In this document: positions 45,780-57,200 of the stretch, in pieces | How the letters are laid out: the number at the start of each line of letters is the position of its first letter | How positions within the stretch are numbered: position 1 is the first letter of the stretch | NCBI GenBank assembly: GCA_973895155.1 | Contig: OZ316893.1 | Coordinates: 18,542,857 to 18,606,856, forward strand | Direction: 5' to 3' | DNA: 64,000 nucleotides | DNA from: Marsupella aquatica | Taxonomy: Eukaryota; Plantae; Marchantiophyta | The notes under the pieces: generated by a model | The model's database searches: none | What the model saw: only the letters and a program-made list of their open reading frames with translations | Told to the model about the DNA's origin: nothing | Position numbers and translations under genes: made by a program

Positions 45780-48480
45780 TAATTCCTCTTTGTATTGTGC
45801 CATCTTGCCGTTTGGAGAAAGGTAACGAGACGAGGAAGGATATACTTCCCACAGTTGGTTTGGATCTTCCTTGCCGTCCAGGACTTCATAACTACCTCCA
45901 CTAAATCAAAAACTTTCCTATGTAATGCTAAACTATAGAACCAGTGAAGTCTCCGTGTTGGGCAGTTGGGATGCATGGTGTTTGCATCCGCCATTAGCGC
46001 TATGAGGGTGGCCAACGTGCTCTCTCTCCAGCTCGGATAGCAAGATTTGCGTGACTCTACTGTTGGCCCTCCCTCCTAATCTAAAGTATAAGTCTTTGAG
46101 TTGGGTGAACCCTATGGCTCCTGAACACTCAAAGAATGGCAGCATAAACCTGATCCGGACCGGGATGTCATACCATATCCGTTCACAATCGTCCAGGCAA
46201 ATGGCCCTCTTGTTAACTCCTACTGCAGCTAAAATAATACAAAGGGTTTATAAACCCATAGCTTCATCAACCTTGGTAGCATTCCGGGATACTATATTTT
46301 GTCCCGTGAATATTCTTCATAAATTCACGCTCACCTTCTTAACCTGTTCCAGCTTCCTCTTGTGCACCGGATCTGCTAGTGCCTCCTTCAATAATTTAGC
46401 CGTCGTGGTAGCTTTGTCTCGCAAGCTCTGTATTTCCAGACAGGCCTTGTAAGTTTCCTTCAGGATCCAAACCACCTTACTGCATTGCTGGATGAGCTCC
46501 TTACCAGCTACATCTTGCAGCCATCTCGTCCTCGTCCTCTCCCTCTCTCGTCTTTCTTCTTCTTTTTCCAACGCAACAACGTATGCAAACTTCTCTAATT
46601 GCCCAAGTTCATGGTTGGTTTTCCTTGCTTCTTGGAGCTTCTTGTCACACTCCAAAGCCCCAAGTCTGGCTAATGCCTCTTTCTCAGCAAGCACTTCCGC
46701 AGTTTTCCCTTGCGCAGCCAACTGGCCGGACAACCAGATTGCCAATTGTTCTCCTTCTCCTACTCTCTGCTCCAATCTTTCAATTTCTCTTTGCAGCTTG
46801 TTGGCCTTCTGCTGGGATACAAAGCCACACATCGCATGTTGGGCGGTCACCTCCTTTAACTCCTCACTGAGTTTCCGTCGAACGCTTTGTTCGTGTCGCA
46901 GCCGCTGGTCCATCTGTTTGATGGCTGCTTTAGTCTTCTAGATCTCAGTTTGTAGATTTGCTTCTCCTTCTTTGGCGGTGGCCATGCGGTGACTTCATTC
47001 TTCCTCCTTGTCAACCAACATTTTTTGCAACTTTTCTCTCTCCTGTTGGGCTCTTCCTAGCTTGATCTTTAGTGCTTGTGTCCCAACCCATTCTGTCCGG
47101 ACCTCCTCCTGGGTCTGCTGCAGGGTTGTGGTTGCTTCTTCATTTTTCTTTCTCTCCTTATCTAGTAGGTTTTTTTCTTCTGTCAGCTGCTTCAATATGA
47201 TCTTGTTAGATGCAGACTTCTTATGTACCTTTGCGAGGAGTCGCTCAACCTTCTCTTCTACTTTTCTCAGCTTCTTTGAGTCACGAGTCTTGCCCTGAGA
47301 CTCTATGACTATTATCCTTGCCATCGCCTTGGCCTCCTTCAATTCCCTCAACCTACTGCATAGGTCCTTGGTGTTGGGGACTAGCTTCCCTATAAAAGCC
47401 ATGCATTGGGCAAAAGTCTTCAATTCTGCCAGGTTGGTAGTGCCCGGGAGTTTGGACAGCGTGGGTTGTTTAAAGGTGGCTTCCCTCCTTTCTTCTTCTT
47501 CTTCTTCTTCATCTTCATTTGGGAGGTTCACCGCCCTCTTTTTCCTCTTGAGACTCTTACGACATTTTTTGGCTTGCTCACTCAGGTTCTGTAGGGCCTT
47601 TGCTCCTCCTTTGCTTTTTGCATCCAAATTTAGGGGTGTTCCCCCTTGTCTTCCTCTTTGTTGTCCTCAAAGTCCTCCTCGTTGTACTTCGGTGGATCCA
47701 CATTGACGTTGGCTGTGGATCCCAACGCAGTCCCAACTTGCGTTGTCCAATGGGCCTCTACTTGATCTTTTGGCTCCGATTCACCTGAGTCCAAATTTTC
47801 CAACAGAGCTCTACTGATTGCCTCCTGGACACCAAACACATTGTGCACTACAACCCGCAATTGATATGCTAGTAGCGACGGGAACTTCAAGCAGCCCTTT
47901 GAATCAATCATAACAGATACACTTGCCTTCCATAATTGAAGCGGGTGGAGGCATCCCACGAACAGAGCTCTTGCGACAACAATTCTTGGTAATGTGGCGT
48001 GATGGTATCCGCTCTTAACTATCACCCACTTGGTGCAAAACTCTATGAAGTTCCGATACTCCCTCTGCCGGATGGCTCCATACTACATGTTTCCCTGGTT
48101 TATCTAGACCTCCATCTACTGCAAGAAGGCCGCCATGCCCTCTTTCTTGATTGGGTCTACTTGGTAAGTGAGCGGCAATCCCCCCGCCCTGGGTAGTCCA
48201 AACATGTCGCACAACTTTGGGTTGGAGAAAGTATAAATCTTCCCCTTGTATGTAATGAACATCCCCTTGGGTGACATCGTCACCTTAGTAATTTGCAAGC
48301 AGATTTCTCCTGCTTGAGAGGTCAATAGATAGCGGTCCATCCGGACCAAGCCATAAATCCCGGCTCTGTTGAGTATTGCTCAGCTCTCCTCAATGCATTT
48401 TACCTCCGCAATGGAGTTGCGGATCTTCTCCTCTGCAGACAGAGCTCCCTTCTTGTTTTTAGGCGGGGGAACCTTTGCTC
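45780..48480 (-). pseudogene. Decayed accessory ORF of the 5.4-kb insertion (globular N-part, acidic/basic linker, long coiled coil)
   Basis: Successive minus-strand ORFs 48116-48349, 47630-48025, 46995-47627, 46317-46913 and 45779-46145, with E/K-rich heptads; no gag or pol motifs. Confidence 0.55.
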
Positions 48481-48953
48481 TCTGTGCTCCTGCCACCTCC
48501 ATTTTTGCTTGATGAAATTAGTAATGTGAGGAGTGAGTGGATAGTTGCACCGCGATCCAGCGTATGCTTTTGTCGGGAGGGAGGGACGATGAGTGCTCAA
48601 TTGCTTTGTGAGGCAAATCTAGCCCGCCTCTCTACCTTAAGCTTGAAGGATTTCCTACTTAAATGGTTCGTGAATGTCCGGAAGGGAGGGACAGTCGCTA
48701 TCTTGTAAGCCTGAGGCGTCTCGGTCAAGCGCCCCATTGATGATGGCCCTAATCATGGTGTTATTATGGGGGCTACTTATGATTGCCCTCTACTCATGAC
48801 TTAGTAAAGGCACGGCACTTGACGTGGTTGTGTACACAGCTCCCTCTTGTTATGATTGGTGGCGATACCTTAAGTACCCATTATGGTTATTCCAACTATA
48901 TTAGGGTAATAATTGTGCTTTACTAAAATGACAAAAAGATTGGGGTCCGCACA

Positions 48954-51300
48954 TCTGATCCAGCCCTCCAACTCTGACTTTGCAGCGGCTACAATGATAC
49001 CAGCAAAGAAAGATTCTGGTGGACTATGGACAGAGAAGAGGATGTGCGGTGACTACATGCCACTCAATCTGGTCACACCTCAAGACATGTACCCCATGCG
49101 TATCGCTGAAGAGCTATTTGACTCCATTGGAGATTTTGATATCTTTACCCTTGTAGACTTGCGGCAAGGCTTCAACCAAATCATTATTCCAAGACGACAA
49201 CTTTTCATGGGAGCAATCAACTGTGGGAATGGCTGGTGATGCCATTTGGACTGAAGAATGCACCAGTCTTCTTTCAACAGGTGATGGATCAAGTACTAGA
49301 AGGTGTTGATTTCCTGAACCTGAAATGCTATATTGATGATGTGTTGGTTCATAGCAAGGGTTTTGAGCAACACTTATTACATCTTGAGGAGCTGTCCAAG
49401 AGGCTGAGAAATGTTAATATGAAGATTCATCCCAAGAAGTGTGAGTTTGTTGTTAACTCAATGGTTTACCTTGGGCATCGAATCATTCCAAATGGCACTA
49501 TGGCTCATTGGGCTAAAGTGGTGTCTATTCTTGAGATGCCCAAGACTACTGATACTAACACTTTGCAAAGCTTCATTGGGCTATGTAATTACTACAGAAT
49601 TTACATCCAGGACTTTAGAATCATTGCTCACCCATTGTACGTTTTTCTTAAGAAGGATATTACCTGGAAATGGACTGAAGACACTCAGGTGAAATTTGAA
49701 ACTTTGAAGGAAAAGTTATCAAGTTAGCCTGTTCTCAGAAGAACTGATTTCAGCAAAACATTCATTTTGCATACGGATTGGAGTGCTCCAGGTATTGGTG
49801 CCATTCTGGGTCAATCTGATGGGGACAGGCCGGAGTATGTCATTGCTTATGCGTCTAGGAGCAATAACAAGACTAAGAGCAACTACTCCTCTTATGAAGG
49901 CAAATGCTTGGCTATTGTGTGGGCTGTCATACATTCAGGCCCTACCTATATGGCACTAAGTTCATGCTCTTTACCGATCACCAGCCACTCAAGTGGTTGA
50001 TGACCAATGATAAGCTTACCGGCAAGCTAGCTCGTTGGGCCCTCATTCTACAAGAACATGAGTTTGAAGTTATTCATAGACCTGGAATTACTCACCAGAA
50101 TGCTGACACCATGTCTCACAGTCCTTTGATCACTTCTACAGATTTTCAGGTGCATGGCAAGATTTTGATCATGCTAGTCTTCACTTGGGGCCTCTGCCTA
50201 TCTTGCCTTGCTTTGTTGCAGCGTTGTTGACCAACCAATTGTGGACATCTAGGAGGATTTAAACACTCTGAATTCTTGCAGCACAAGCAACACCCGCCAG
50301 GCATGACCACTACTCAAAGGGACCGGATACAACAATGGTCTAAGTGCTACATATGGAAGGGAGATCACCTAGTCCACTGTTTGCCACAAGGGGAGAGAGT
50401 GGTTCCACCGATTGCTGATAGGGCTGGCTTGGTCAAACAAGTACATCTTGAACTTGGGCATTTGGAATCAAGCGTACTTATAGTTTGATGGCTCCTCACT
50501 ACCATTGGAAGGGGATGCATGCTCAGATTTGGGATATCATCGCTAGGTGTGAACAATGTGACAAAGTAAGAACCTCATTCTCTTCTGACAGCCCATGCAT
50601 ACTTCATCCACTCCCTATTCAGGGATTGTTTTACCGCTGGTCTTGTGATTTAGCTGGAGAATTACCTTTGACATCCAGGAGTAACCTCTACATAATGATC
50701 ATGATTGAGCACTTTTCTAAGTGGATTGAATTGGTTGCCTTGCCTAATAAGAGTTCACACAACACTAGCCAAGCTTTTCTCCAGCAAGTGCTTAGCAGGT
50801 TTGGGGCTTGTGCATAGTGCCTTACTGACCAGGGCTCTGAATTCTGAGGAGAATTTCAGGACCTAGTTGACCATGCCCTCATTGATCATTGTAGAACTTC
50901 AAGGGATCATCCTCAAGCGGATGGTACAGACCTGCAAACAAGGATTACAGAAAATATGCCTCACCAAGAACAAGAAAGATTGGGGCTGGGCACTGCCTTA
51001 CATTGCCATGGGGTACCGCATGTCCAACCATGCCTCCTTGTCCAACTTCTCTCCATCTTCTATTGCTTCTCAAATGCTTCAGGTGGTGGACTTGGACTCA
51101 ACGGAAACCTGGTCTACTATCATATCAGAGAGGGCTGTCTTGTTTTGTAGAGTCATGCCTATGGCTTTGGACAACCTAGCAATTGCCCAACATTGTGATA
51201 CACTCAGATATGCACACACACACACGAGAAGGGAGCTTCAAGCCCAAGGTGAGGCAGTTTGATGTGGGTGATTTTTTTTAACTTCAGCGCCAGCCTAGTG
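48954..51300 (+). pseudogene. Gypsy copy C RT, RNase H and integrase
   Basis: ORFs 48913-49239, 49236-49727, 49767-50000, 49904-50230, 50485-50817 and 50867-51262, collinear with copy B. Confidence 0.9.
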
Positions 51301-51489
51301 ACACATTGGATACCTCCACCAGACACATTATTCTCAAAGTTAAGTACATCCATCCTTCAGGTGTGTTGGAGTTACAGGGAGCAGGTGGTCGTACCTCAAA
51401 GATCATGCTAGGAATTGTGCCCCTTGTCATTTTCCTAACTTGGATCCTACCAAATGTTGTGACTTCTACTTGGATTCCTCCGGTGAATT

Positions 51490-51644
51490 ATCCCTGTAAG
51501 GTGTGTTACAGGATTGATGATGCTGACCAAATGTTGTTGTGTGACCATTGCAATGGTGGTTACCATCTCTTTTGTTTGCAACCTGAGCTTCCACAAGTTT
51601 TGGAAGGGCTATGGTTCTGTCCTTCTTGTTCTCCTTCACCATGA
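51490..51644 (+). pseudogene. PHD finger at the integrase C-terminus (intact C4HC3)
   Basis: CKVCYRIDDADQMLLCDHCNGGYHLFCLQPELPQVLEGLWFCPSC. Confidence 0.93.
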
Positions 51645-51850
51645 TCCTCAGCCCGTTGACCATTTCCATGCTCAGGTCTGGGGGGGATACAGGGGTTTAC
51701 TTTCATGCCCCAACATTTCTTCATCTTGGTGTTAATGGACAACCATGCATTACATTTCTGGTTTTCTATTTTGTGACAACCTGGATGCATATGGTAATGT
51801 CTCGATATCTTGTGCTACCGGCTCTATATGTCATGCACTTATTACATGCT

Positions 51851-52200
51851 ACGGAACTAGAGGAGGCGCATAGAGGGAGGCAGCTAGCACAAATTAAATG
51901 GTTGGGGGAGGGAGATGAGCCCTCATGATTCTACTTTGAAACTATGAAGGCTAAATGGCAGTGTGAAGTGATGAAGAGTTTGCTACTATAAGACAGAAAG
52001 GAGGTCACATACCTGGTGCTCATAATGAAAGAGGTAGGAAAAAACTTGCTCTGAAGTGTATGCTCCTTGGGAACCCTCACATTGGGAGAGAGTGTGTCCC
52101 TCTCCACTGTGGATATCACCTGGCTGGAGAGGCTGCCAACAAACAAGAAAATTAAAGAAGTATTGTGGATGCTCCCAAAGGACAAGGCACCAGGATCTAA
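51851..52200 (+). mobile_element. L1-type LINE ORF2 fragment (EN-RT linker)
   Basis: QIKWLGEGDEPS*FYF...LPTNKKIKEVLWMLPKDKAPGS resembles the WL.EGD..T.FF and K(S/A)PGPDG motifs. Confidence 0.65.
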
Positions 52201-52205
52201 TGCAG

Positions 52206-53925
52206 TTTTTTATTTTATTTTATTTTAATTAATTTTTAACAAAGGGCTGAGCCCTGAAACTTTATTCCACAAGGAAGCCCGAGGGCACAACAACAAGGAA
52301 GGCAAGGGAAAACCAAAGAAAACTGCCTAGAGGAAGGAGGCAGAGTGAAAAAACGAGCAATTAAGGGGGGCTAGGAGAAGGAGCACCCCCATAAAGATAT
52401 AGATGGGAATCACCAATCCAAACTGCCAAAAAGGAGGGGCAGAATCAAAGGGAAGGAGGCTCCCTAGAATGAGGAGGACCAACCAGAAAACTACGTCGAG
52501 TAATTCCATGCAACCAAAAGCAGCCACCATGCATCCAATAGCATCCATCCAATCAGGAAACAACCAGGAAAGAAAATGGGCAACAGGCTCACTCCATTCT
52601 CCCTAGACTGCCAATCTCCACCGTCACCAGATGTCACCTACTGACCTAGCCTCAGATCCCAATAATATCCATTGTCTTCCACCCATCCAAAGTAAAGGAA
52701 GACCAGGAAGGAGACAACCAATCTCCAAATCCCACCACAATCTTCACACTGTTGGAATGGGGAATCTCTGCCGGACCAGATTGACGACGATCATTGATGA
52801 AGTCTCCCTGACGTTAGTATCCTTGAATTATGGGAAACCCATCAGTACATTATCTTTGTCATTGTCCTCCAGCTCGACCAACAAGCACATCCAGATGGCA
52901 GAGTACGGATACCCCCTTCTTGCGCTGAAGAGGGACCAAAGAGGTGTCCCAAATACGGATCTAAACACAAAGAGAATATCTTATGTGCCCCACCTCTTCC
53001 CTTCAATCTAGATTGCTATTTGTCTCCAACCAAAATGATCAGAGATGATCTGCAATAGCCGTGGGTTGTGTGACTATCAGACCTTGACAATGATGAAAGG
53101 AATATAGCCAACTCACAGGTGCTCCATAACTTCCCTCCAAAATTCAAGTAGGCCAGACCAGGAGAGAATGGAGAGAGCTTGGTACCCAGAATATAGCCCG
53201 GACAGGAAACCAATCAAAAATGACTGTCAGAGGAGCATGGAGAAAGCAGACCTTGGCAAGCAATAGATCGAGGCATGTGTTATGACCCAGTCCTTACCAA
53301 GAGAATATGCTAGAACACTAATGGCTGGTGACACAAGATGAGCCAAAGGAGCAGAAAGAGGATGGACCCGGAATCTACTATCTATACGCAATTCATAATA
53401 TGTGTGAAACAAACCCGGTTTCTCCAATTAAATGTGCAAAGAGCAAGAATCTATATACGGAGAGAGCTACTGCTGTGTCAGTTGAGAACGTGAAGAAGAA
53501 CAGCTGCAATGCTCAGACGTGTAGGTGGAACAAAACTGTGTTGGAGAAAGAATCATTGTGCTGGAGAAAGAACCATTGATAACCAATGCCGGAAATATCA
53601 ACCCAACCCACACTCAGAAAAGAGGCCATGAGAAGGGATGCCGACCATGAGGTCCCACCAAACAGGGCGCTCCAAAAACTATAGAGAACCCAGACCGCTC
53701 CGTCACCCAGACAGGACCCAATCAACACCATCACCCAGAGGATATGGAATTGGTGAATCTGCTGAGGAGCTACCCCATTGACAACCACTCAATAATTAGC
53801 CCCAAGTGGTCTGAGGAAGCATAAGGGAGAGGCAACCAGAAGCCAAAAAGCAGCCCAACTATGAATCCAGCATAATTGGCTCGAGTGTGGGGGGAAGGTG
53901 AAGGAACCAAGGAGATATTGGCCCT
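52206..53925 (-). mobile_element. Possible decayed 3' end of a minus-strand LINE with poly(A)-like tail
   Basis: T-rich tract at 52206-52237 truncates the preceding fragment; Trp-rich broken minus-strand frames; no clean motif. Confidence 0.35.
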
Positions 53926-53928
53926 GGC

Positions 53929-53930
<2 letters not shown>

Positions 53931-53972
<42 letters not shown>
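53931..53972. repeat. (GA)n microsatellite
   Basis: About 20 perfect GA units. Confidence 0.95.
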
Positions 53973-53974
<2 letters not shown>

Positions 53975-54215
53975 ACATAGACAAGGTGTGCAAAAAAAAT
54001 TTAAAAATTGTGGACTAGGAGCACGAATAGCTTGGTAGTATACCTCACCAGGGGTAAAAAACATCGGGAAAAATAACCAGGGGGATGTGGATACATTTAA
54101 TGGAAGAGTTTACTTAATACACAGTGGAAAGAGGAGCAGGAGTGATTCAGCTAGGAAAATGATATGATAAAGGCCTTATAAAGGACGTAATATATATTTC
54201 TCTGCGTAGTATAAC

Positions 54216-57200
54216 CTTTTTTCTTTTTTTTAATCTGAACTGATTGCTACTGAACGTAGATGCACAACGGCTGCAGATGCTGCTGTAGAAGGAGAAAAAA
54301 TAACTGATAGACTTTGAAACTGGTGGGAGTTACAATTTTTCCAGAGTAACCACAAAGTTTGATATATAACAAATAGACGGGCGGAGAGGTTGGGGGAACG
54401 ACCGAGAGCCAGGTCAAGAAAGGAGGTGAAAGAATGACCACCCGGGAGGAGAGACACAGCCAAAGCCCGTTTGTAGAACCAGGCAGTCCGTTTCCAGGCC
54501 ATTGTGGCTTGAGTGCACATACAAAATATGTGCTTATTATCTTCAGGGATGCCGCTGCAAAGGGGGCACATTCCATCCCCATGACCACATTGGAATGCTC
54601 TCCTGCCAGTGAACAGTCCAACAGCTAGGACCTGCCATATAAAAAAATTCCCATGATTTGACAAATCTGATCTCCATAACCGCCTCCATCTCCTTTGCCA
54701 TGTGGAGGGGGAATCTGAGGAGCCCCATCTGATGTTCAGCAAACAAGAGTCTGCGCCAGATTGGTCAATAAATTTATATGCCTGAACGCTACTGAGAACC
54801 CGTGGGGAGTAGTGATTTTTGAGTCCCTTCCAAAACCATTGAGCTGGAACAAAGGAGGAAGAAGCTGATGGTGGAGGACCATCCTGAAAAAGCCGAAGTA
54901 TGTTGGTAAGAACAATGATATTCAAAGCCCCTAGTCCACGTAACCTAGAGATCCTGTTCAAAAAATCAATCCAGATACCTAAGTGCCTGTTCCAAAGATC
55001 TAGTACACAACAAATATTTAATCGGGAGCAAGCAGAAGCAATGAGAGGAAGAACTGGAGCTGGGAAACATTGAGTGCGAAAGTATATTCTGAGGAGGTCT
55101 GCTATGCGCCATCGAGCAGGAATGGCTAGAGAGGAAGAGCTCCAGAGCAAGTTCCCCCGAATCTGAATCCATGCTTTCCAAATTCCTTTGGTATATCTCA
55201 TTCCACGAAAGCTCGATGGGGTTGAGAATAGGAATCTGTCCATTGGAGTGTATCCCAATGTTCTGAGGAGAACCAACTGTTTCCATGCAGCCAAATGAAT
55301 ATTAGCAAAGAATAGCAGTGCCCAATCCGAAGATGGGTCAGTAATCATTCTAACCGACCATCGTGCTAGGAGGGCTGAAGCTTGAGTTTGGATATCTTTA
55401 AATCCAAGGCCGCCATCCTGTTTTCTGCAGCACATACGTTCCCAAGAAACAAGAGGTGTTTTTTTGCCACCGTCTTTATTATAACCCCAAAGGAAGTCTT
55501 TACATGTCTGTCGAACCATGTTAGAGAGGCTACCAGCTATACGTGTATACATCATGTGGTAAAACAGTCATTGATAACAAAACTTGTTTTACCAATAGAA
55601 CCCGTCCGGTGAAGGAGAAATTTTTGTTAGACCAGCTAGAGAGCCGATTCTTAAGTTTTTTCATACAAAAATCTTGAATTTGTTGGTTGGATATATATAT
55701 CTTATCCGAACAGAGCACCAAGATAGCATGAAAGCTGTCCATGCGGGATAACAATAACATTTGAGTCTATTAGCCATTGCGGAATCAATTCTAGACAGAA
55801 AGTAAGGACCTCAGTCTTTTCTCCTCATAATATACTTTTGCACTCAATGTTTCCCAAAGAACAATGATATTCAAAGCCCCAAAGACTCAATCGAGACGAG
55901 GCCAGAGTCTCTCTGATGTATCTATGATCCACTCGGTCAAAGGCCTTAGCAAAATCCATTTTCAGAAACAATGTCGGTACGTTGTTTGTTTTGAGCCAAT
56001 TGCTAGCTAACCATGCAATAGATATATTATCGAGTATCTGCCATCCAGGGACAAACCCTGTTTGTTGATTATTTACCATCTGAGGATTGAAGAAACCTAC
56101 CGAGCCGGATAGCAATGAGCTTAGCAATTATTTTATAAGATATGTTGAGGAGAGTAATCGGTCTCCAATTAGACAATGACTTCTTGTCTGAGGATTTAGG
56201 AACAAGCTTAACAACCCCTTCCAAGAACCGTGGTGACATTATACCGTCATTCTAGAAAGAAATGAGCATTGCAAGAAAACCTGGAGCAATGAAGTCCCAA
56301 CATCCCAAAAATACCTCAATGGTAAGACCGTTGAGACCCGGAGCTTAATTTTTTTGAATTTGCCATGTAGCACTAAACAGTTCCCCGATAGTCGGAACCA
56401 AGTCTAGGAATAGTGAGTTAGATATAGATAGGCAATAGGAGGAGAAACTCAGGATACTCCTCCAAGCTGCAATATTCAACGCAGACTCCGGGGCGTAAGG
56501 GGAATACAAGGCACTATAGAATTTGCCCACCTCAGTAAGGATCAGATTATGATCTGATGTGGTCAAACCTTCAGCAAGACGTAGGATAGGGATAGCTGCC
56601 CGTTGCTGTTGCACCCTTACAATGTTGAAAAAAAATTGGTAGATGCATCGCCAACCCCAAGCCATCGGACCCTAGACTTCCTACGAAGATTTAATAGCGT
56701 CAAGAAATTCCAAGTCACGAAGAGCAATTTCTGCTTCCCGTAATTCAGAAAGCAAGTTTCCAGAATTTGAGGCATTAGCAGACGTTCTAAGGGACAATAG
56801 TATCATCCTGAGAGTCTCCATGGCTATTTTGTTTTTCCGATTTGATCGATTGGATTTTCTGGTATTCTTTACGGAGACACCGACACGCCAGGAAGAATGA
56901 GGCTATGGGGTCGGTGATCCCCGGTGTGTGATTCATCCATGCTTGTTCCAATAGTACTCTATTTTGCTCCTTCCTCAATACCGCGGGGTTAGCTTTGAAA
57001 TAAGAAAACTTGCGTATCGAATAGTTATTGTTTTGCATTGAGTTAACAGAACATTCAAGACATGGAAACGGGGCAGTGATCTGAAAGTGGACAGTTATGG
57101 TGATGGGAGAGGGATATTACTTGATGAATCCAGGATCCACGGTTGCTTATGTATATTCTATCCAACCGAGAGTGCAGGATACCGTTGAGAGTATCACGCC

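Larger units (their letters stand above)
43563..48953. mobile_element. TG...CA-bounded 5.4-kb insertion in the RT of Gypsy copy C (LTR-derived, non-autonomous)
   Basis: Starts TGTTGCCG and ends CCGCACA; flanks TCTTA/TCTGA; host RT sequence resumes right after it. Confidence 0.65.
42030..51850 (+). mobile_element. DNMT- and PHD-carrying Gypsy copy C (subfamily 1), 3' two-thirds, interrupted by nested insertions
   Basis: MTase 42029-43106; RT start 43218-43562; RT resumes at 48954 (LIQPSNSDFAAAT...RMCGDY...MPFGLKNAP...CYIDD); RNase H; integrase (RWSCDLAG...TDQGSEF); PHD ending at 51644. Confidence 0.9.
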
